Positions 59,334-64,000 of a stretch of DNA of 64,000 bases are shown piece by piece. The stretch is taken from assembly GCA_965237675.1 (NCBI GenBank), contig OZ250150.1:4896001-4960000 (forward strand), given 5' to 3'. A program made the position numbers and the translations under genes. The notes under the pieces are model-generated. The model did not search any database. It had not been told where the DNA came from and saw only the letters and a program-made list of their open reading frames with translations. Origin of the DNA: Candidatus Latescibacterota bacterium (GTDB lineage Bacteria; Latescibacterota; UBA2968; GCA-2709665). Positions within the stretch are counted from its first letter, which is position 1, and every line of letters starts with the position of its first letter.

Positions 59334-60063
59334 TCACCCCAGGCGATATCCGACGCGTGACTCGTTGAAGCGGTAGTTGGGGTTGGCGGCGGCGTCTCCG
59401 AGTTTTCGGCGGAGGTTCTTTACGGCGGCGCGCAACGGCCGCAGGTCGGCCACCGAGACGGCCACGTGGACCCCCTCCCGCACTGCGGTTATCCGGACGA
59501 CGGTCGACTCCGGCGAGTGCCGGGCGGCCTTGCCCAGCAGGTTGCCGAGGACCTGCACGAAGCGCCGCCGGTCCGCCATCACCGGAGGCAGATGCGGGGC
59601 CAACTCGATCCGCAGGGAGTGCCACCCCCGTCGCCACTCAGGAACGCATTCCGGGCTTCGTCCACCAGATCGGCCACGGACGCAGGTTCGGGATGGACCA
59701 GCAGGGTGCCTGTCTTGATGCGCGCCACGTCCAGCAGGTCGTGGATCAGTCCGGTCATGTGGTCGGCCTGCTGATTGATGATGCGAAAGAAGGGGACCGT
59801 CTCGGCCCCGCCCTCTCGTCGTAGACCGCCACGCCTACGGGGGAGGTGTCGATCAGGGTCTCCAGGTCCGCTCGGGCCCGTTGCTCGTCCCGGTACCTGT
59901 GGGCGTTGGCGATGACCAGGACGGCCTGGGACGCGAACATCGCCAGGATCTCTTCGTCTTCCCGGGCGAACTCCTGTCCGGGTTCCTTCTTTGCGAGGTA
60001 GCGCAGGCTCGCCTGGCTCAAGAGCGACAGGCGTTTCCGAAGGGTCTTGACCTCTTGTTCCAT
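59334..60063 (-). pseudogene. Collapsed copy of the GAF-PAS-HK-REC-wHTH hybrid regulator
   Basis: Colinear pieces matching the N-terminus, GAF end, HisKA, HATPase start and wHTH end of 29018-31405, with large internal deletions and frameshifts. Confidence 0.85.
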
Positions 60064-60677
60064 TGTTTCGGTTGGCGGCATTTCTCCCTCCCGACATGGT
60101 ATTCATTAAAAGATCACCAAACAACAAGGGGAAACTCACTCACTCCTCACTTCAGGGTGGTATAATCCCTTTAGCTCAAGGAGATCCGGGGTCTTACGGC
60201 TTTACTGGGTGCCGGAAGTGCTATACGGCCCTGGTTCATCAACATCGACATCCCATCTCCGAAGAACACCGAAGACGCCGAAAGACGGCGTTGTAGTACC
60301 GGGCACACTGCCAATTCGAACACTCTCCGCGCGACATGACACGCCGTAGGATCACGTTGGATCGCGCCGGTTGACAGGGGGACACTGCCAAACTGGAGCG
60401 AGTCCGATCTCGGCGGCCCAAAAAGGGAGCAAGAAATGCTGATCCATCGCTTGACAATGTTGCACCCGACAAGAGAAGTGCCAAGACAGAAGTGCCAAAA
60501 CCCGATCCGTGCTCCTGCGCGCCGGGGCACGCCAGGCCTTGGCCAGGAGACGGCGCCCGTTGGCCGGTTGATGCTCTGATGAGTGGATGCCGTCTATTCT
60601 CCGACGCGAAGGCGAATGCCCACCTCGGCCTTCATCTCACTTTCTACCAAAGAAACTGCAGACATGAGGAGTCAATC

Positions 60678-63044
60678 ATGAGCAATGATGGAGAGTCCCC
60701 AGCCTGTTCCGAAGCGCTTCACCTGCTAGATCGACGGCAGTACAAAGAGGCGATTGCCGCGTTGAATCCGCTGGTCGGGGAAGATTCCGGCGGTACGGTA
60801 CACGCCATGATCGCGGTCGCTCATTTTCAACTCGAAGAATACGACCGGGCCGCCGAACATTACCGGCTTGCGCTGGAGCGTGATCCGGGCAAGGCGGACT
60901 GGGAGGAAATGCTGGCCAGGTCGCGCGCCAACGCAGCTGCGGAGATCAGTGTACAGGTGCCGGACCTGCGGTTCTTCGATCGCCGGAAACTGGTCGAGCA
61001 GCCCGTTGTGCCGCCCGGGTCCTTGCCGGAGACGCCGCTGGCCGTGCCCCGTCCCGGGATATTCAAGTTGCTGCGCTTATTGCTTGGGAACCTCACCGGA
61101 GCGATCGCGTCAGCGGCCATGACGTTTGCGACCCGGCTATGGGGCAAGCTGGCCGGTTACCGCGACGAAGTATGGACGAATTGGTACCGGCGGCCGTACC
61201 TCCTCGGGATCCTGACGCTCGCCTATATGCGCGAGCAACTCAACAAGAACAACCTCAAGAGCACCTACCCACAGGGCATGCTGATCGGTTTTCAACAATC
61301 CGGGCAGTCTCCTCCCCCGGGAGTCCTGCACTTCCGTACCGCCGATGGAAGCTGGAACAACCTGGAAGATCCAAAAGAAGGCGCAGCGGGCACTCGTTTC
61401 CCCCGCAACGTCGCCAACTCCGCCATCCGTCCAGAGGCAGGGGAAACGCTCTTGACGCCGAATCCCCGGGAACTGAGCAGGATATTTCTCGCCCGGGAGG
61501 GCGAGATGAAGGAAGTGCCATTCCTGAATCTCCTTGCCGCGTCATGGATCAACTTCCAGAATCACGACTGGATCCATCACGGAGAATTGCTGATCAACGA
61601 CGTGCATGAAGTGCCCCTTGCCAAGGACGATCCGGCACGCGGCAAGTACCGGCAAACGAAGATGTTCATCGGCAAGACCCAACACGACCCTACCCGCAAG
61701 CCCGATATCGAACAAACGCCGATAACCTTCATCAACGAAGTCACACACTGGTGGGATGGCTCGCAGATATACGGAAGCGATCAGGAGACGGTGGACAGCC
61801 TTCGCACCGGCGTCGGCGGTATGCTGAGGGTGGAGGACAGCGGGCTTCTGCCCGTCGATGAGAAAGGGATTGAAAAGACCGGCTTTACTCGCAATTGGTG
61901 GGTCGGGTTGACCATGTTGCACACCCTTTTCACGAAAGAACATAATGCCATCTGTGAGCACCTCGGACAGACCTACTCCGATTGGGACGACATCCGGCTG
62001 TTCAACGTAGCGCGCCTCGTCAACGCCGCGGTCATGGCCAAGATCCATTCCGTGGAGTGGACACCGGCGATTCTTCCGAATCGCGTTCTCGACGCAGGGT
62101 TACATGCCAATTGGTACGGCCTGCTCACCAATTTGCTCCGAACCCCCGAGAACCAAAAGACTGTTTCTGACATCAATGTCAGAAACCCGGAGCTGGGAGG
62201 CGTGGTCGGCAACCCGATCGATAAGCACGGACAACCCTACGGCCTTACCGAGGAGTTCGCGGAGGTCTACCGGCTGCATTCCCTGTTACCCGAGACAATC
62301 CGGATCAGGAAGCTCGGCGGCGGCGAAGTCGAAGAGGTGCCGTTCGTGGAGACCCGTCAAGCCGGCTCCGCGAAGCTGAGCGGGAGGGTGTCCATGGCCG
62401 ATCTGTTCTATTCGTTCGGCAACCAGCACCCCGGTCAACTGGTGTTGAACAACTATCCCTCGTTCATGCGCGAGCTGAGCATCCCCGGCAATCCGCTGTT
62501 CGATATGGGCGCCGTCGATCTATTGCGGGCGCGCGAGCGGGGCGTGCCCAGGTACAACGAATTCAGACGCCAGTTGGGCCTCAATCCGATAGATACGTTC
62601 GATGACCTGACCGACGACAAGGAACAGGTCCGGAAACTCGAGCAAGTGTACGACGATGTGGAGCAACTCGACCTGATGATCGGCACGCTCGCTGAAGGCC
62701 ATCGCCCCGACGGGTTCGGATTCGGTGAGACGATGTTTCAGATTTTCATCCTGAACGCGACGCGCAGGCTGCAGGCGGACCGCTTCTACACCGACTGCTA
62801 CAACGAGCAGACCTACACCGAGGAGGGGCTGGCGTGGATCGACAACTCCGACTTCAAGACGGTAATCCTCCGCCATTATCCCGATCTCGCGCAGATCGGC
62901 TTGGGGAATATCAAGAATGCTTTTGAGCCTTGGGATACCGGCGAGCGGCTCGACCCGCAACGTCATCCGTTGTGTGCGTTCGACAAGACTCTGAAGCCGG
63001 ACCCGTGGCTGGGCGACGCCCGACGGCTACCGACTTCGGAGTAG
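60678..63044 (+). CDS. TPR-fused animal-heme-peroxidase family protein, fatty-acid alpha-dioxygenase-like
   Basis: GAGGAG RBS; N-terminal TPR; RTADGSWN, AASWINFQNHDW, THWWDGSQIYGS, KEHNAIC, EEFAEVYRLHSLLP, RERGVPRYNEFRR. Confidence 0.88.
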   Translation: MSNDGESPACSEALHLLDRRQYKEAIAALNPLVGEDSGGTVHAMIAVAHFQLEEYDRAAEHYRLALERDPGKADWEEMLARSRANAAAEISVQVPDLRFFDRRKLVEQPVVPPGSLPETPLAVPRPGIFKLLRLLLGNLTGAIASAAMTFATRLWGKLAGYRDEVWTNWYRRPYLLGILTLAYMREQLNKNNLKSTYPQGMLIGFQQSGQSPPPGVLHFRTADGSWNNLEDPKEGAAGTRFPRNVANSAIRPEAGETLLTPNPRELSRIFLAREGEMKEVPFLNLLAASWINFQNHDWIHHGELLINDVHEVPLAKDDPARGKYRQTKMFIGKTQHDPTRKPDIEQTPITFINEVTHWWDGSQIYGSDQETVDSLRTGVGGMLRVEDSGLLPVDEKGIEKTGFTRNWWVGLTMLHTLFTKEHNAICEHLGQTYSDWDDIRLFNVARLVNAAVMAKIHSVEWTPAILPNRVLDAGLHANWYGLLTNLLRTPENQKTVSDINVRNPELGGVVGNPIDKHGQPYGLTEEFAEVYRLHSLLPETIRIRKLGGGEVEEVPFVETRQAGSAKLSGRVSMADLFYSFGNQHPGQLVLNNYPSFMRELSIPGNPLFDMGAVDLLRARERGVPRYNEFRRQLGLNPIDTFDDLTDDKEQVRKLEQVYDDVEQLDLMIGTLAEGHRPDGFGFGETMFQIFILNATRRLQADRFYTDCYNEQTYTEEGLAWIDNSDFKTVILRHYPDLAQIGLGNIKNAFEPWDTGERLDPQRHPLCAFDKTLKPDPWLGDARRLPTSE

Positions 63045-63085
63045 CCGGGCGGACCGGTCCCGAGACGGCCATCGTCGAACCCAGG

Positions 63086-63172
63086 GACTGGGTCCGTTCG
63101 CTATCGTTTCACCGCTTGGAAGCCTGTTGGCCAGCGGCAGTTACCGACGGCACGATTCGGCTCTGGGATCTG
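63086..63172 (+). pseudogene. Isolated degenerate WD40 repeat remnant
   Basis: DWVRSLSF..(GSLLASGS)..DGTIRLWDL across frameshifts. Confidence 0.55.
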
Positions 63173-63242
63173 ATTGTTCCACGAGAGATGCTTCTTCCAC
63201 GCGGCTTCGTCCGCGCTAATCCACTTCATAAGGAGTAGAACC

Positions 63243-64000
63243 ATGCAACGCATGCAGCAGTTCCTCGTCGCGGCCATCGCGGTCTTGATGCCTATGGCAT
63301 CCCCCCCCTTTACGGCCAGAGTGCCGAGACCTCAGCCCCTGAGAGCCCTCGGATCACGTTCGGGGTTCAAGGGGCCCTGAGTGGGGGGACATTGGTTGGC
63401 GTGGAGGAAAACGAGTTCGGGGACTTGAGCTGGCGCCTCAGCCTGGAAAACGCCCGCGTTTCCGGGACGTTCCCCCTGACCCCCCAATTAGGCCTGCGGC
63501 CCAGCGTAGCCTATGTAGGCAAGGGCGCCGCTCAACATTTCGAGGGTGGTGCGTCATACGAGGTAAAACTCGATTACATCGAGTGGTCGGTCCTGGGCGT
63601 GGCGAGCACAACTACTCTGGGAAGAGGCAAGAGCTCCGTGTATGCGCTCGCGGGGCCGGCGCTGGGATTCAAAACCGGATGCACGGCTGAGGTCACCGAG
63701 TGGGAAAAGGACAGCACAAGCGCCATTCTTGAAACGATGGTAGGAGGACCTGTGGACTGCGGCGATGATTTCAAGAATACCGACCTGGGCATTACTGCGG
63801 GAGTCGGGTTTGAGTGGCAACCGATCGGCGATCCGAAGGATGACACGACTGTAACCTGGCAGGATATAGGGGCTCTATCGGAGCTGAAGGCCTCGCTGGA
63901 GATACTGTACACGCTGGGGCTTCAGTCGATTGCCAGTGACGATTCGGGGGATGACAGTTCCGTTGTAGAAGGAGACCCCAAGAACCGGGCGTTCTCCATC
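63243..64000 (+). CDS. Outer-membrane beta-barrel (PorT/OMP_b-brl_2-like) protein, frameshifted at a C8 tract; 3' end outside window
   Basis: AAGGAG RBS and signal peptide. The -1 frame from 63308 is open to the window end: FGVQGALS..LGLRPSVAYVGKG..KLDYIE..LAGPALGF..DLGITAGVGFEW. Confidence 0.72.

Noticed and set aside
49380-60677. Longer ORF-track starts at 49380, 53052 and 60492 (also 42984)
   Set aside because: Downstream ATGs at 49545, 53115, 60678 and 43038 have clear RBSs and sensible N-termini.

Overview
GC-rich bacterial accessory island with no rRNA, tRNA or core genes. It is dominated by secreted eukaryote-like repeat proteins: about ten WD40 beta-propeller genes or remnants, three large LRR proteins (two with Zn-metallopeptidase domains) and a propeller-PKD-FN3 protein. 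Nearly all WD40/LRR proteins carry the same duplicated Ca-binding dockerin/EF-hand-like module (DFDGDGxVGFxDFxxF...DLDGDGxVxFxDFxIF). The island also encodes a small stand-alone cohesin-like protein with a FlgD-Ig/T9SS-type C-terminal sorting domain. My main hypothesis is a cellulosome-like cohesin-dockerin display system loaded with hypervariable WD40/LRR binders and proteases instead of glycosidases. Nine copies of a conserved ~150-bp leader with helically phased AATC repeats precede the genes. A GAF-PAS-kinase-REC-wHTH hybrid regulator occurs as one intact, one truncated and one collapsed copy. Also present: IS3 and IS630 elements that inactivate WD40 genes, SD-led ~25-codon ORFs between WD40 genes, a dispersed hairpin element, a PhoD-like phosphatase, an EEP/pseudo-protease gene pair, a TPR-alpha-dioxygenase-like heme enzyme and a frameshifted outer-membrane beta-barrel. 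The gene content resembles FCB-group (Latescibacterota/Gemmatimonadota-like) marine sponge symbionts, which is inference only. All domain calls are by eye from motifs; no searches were run.
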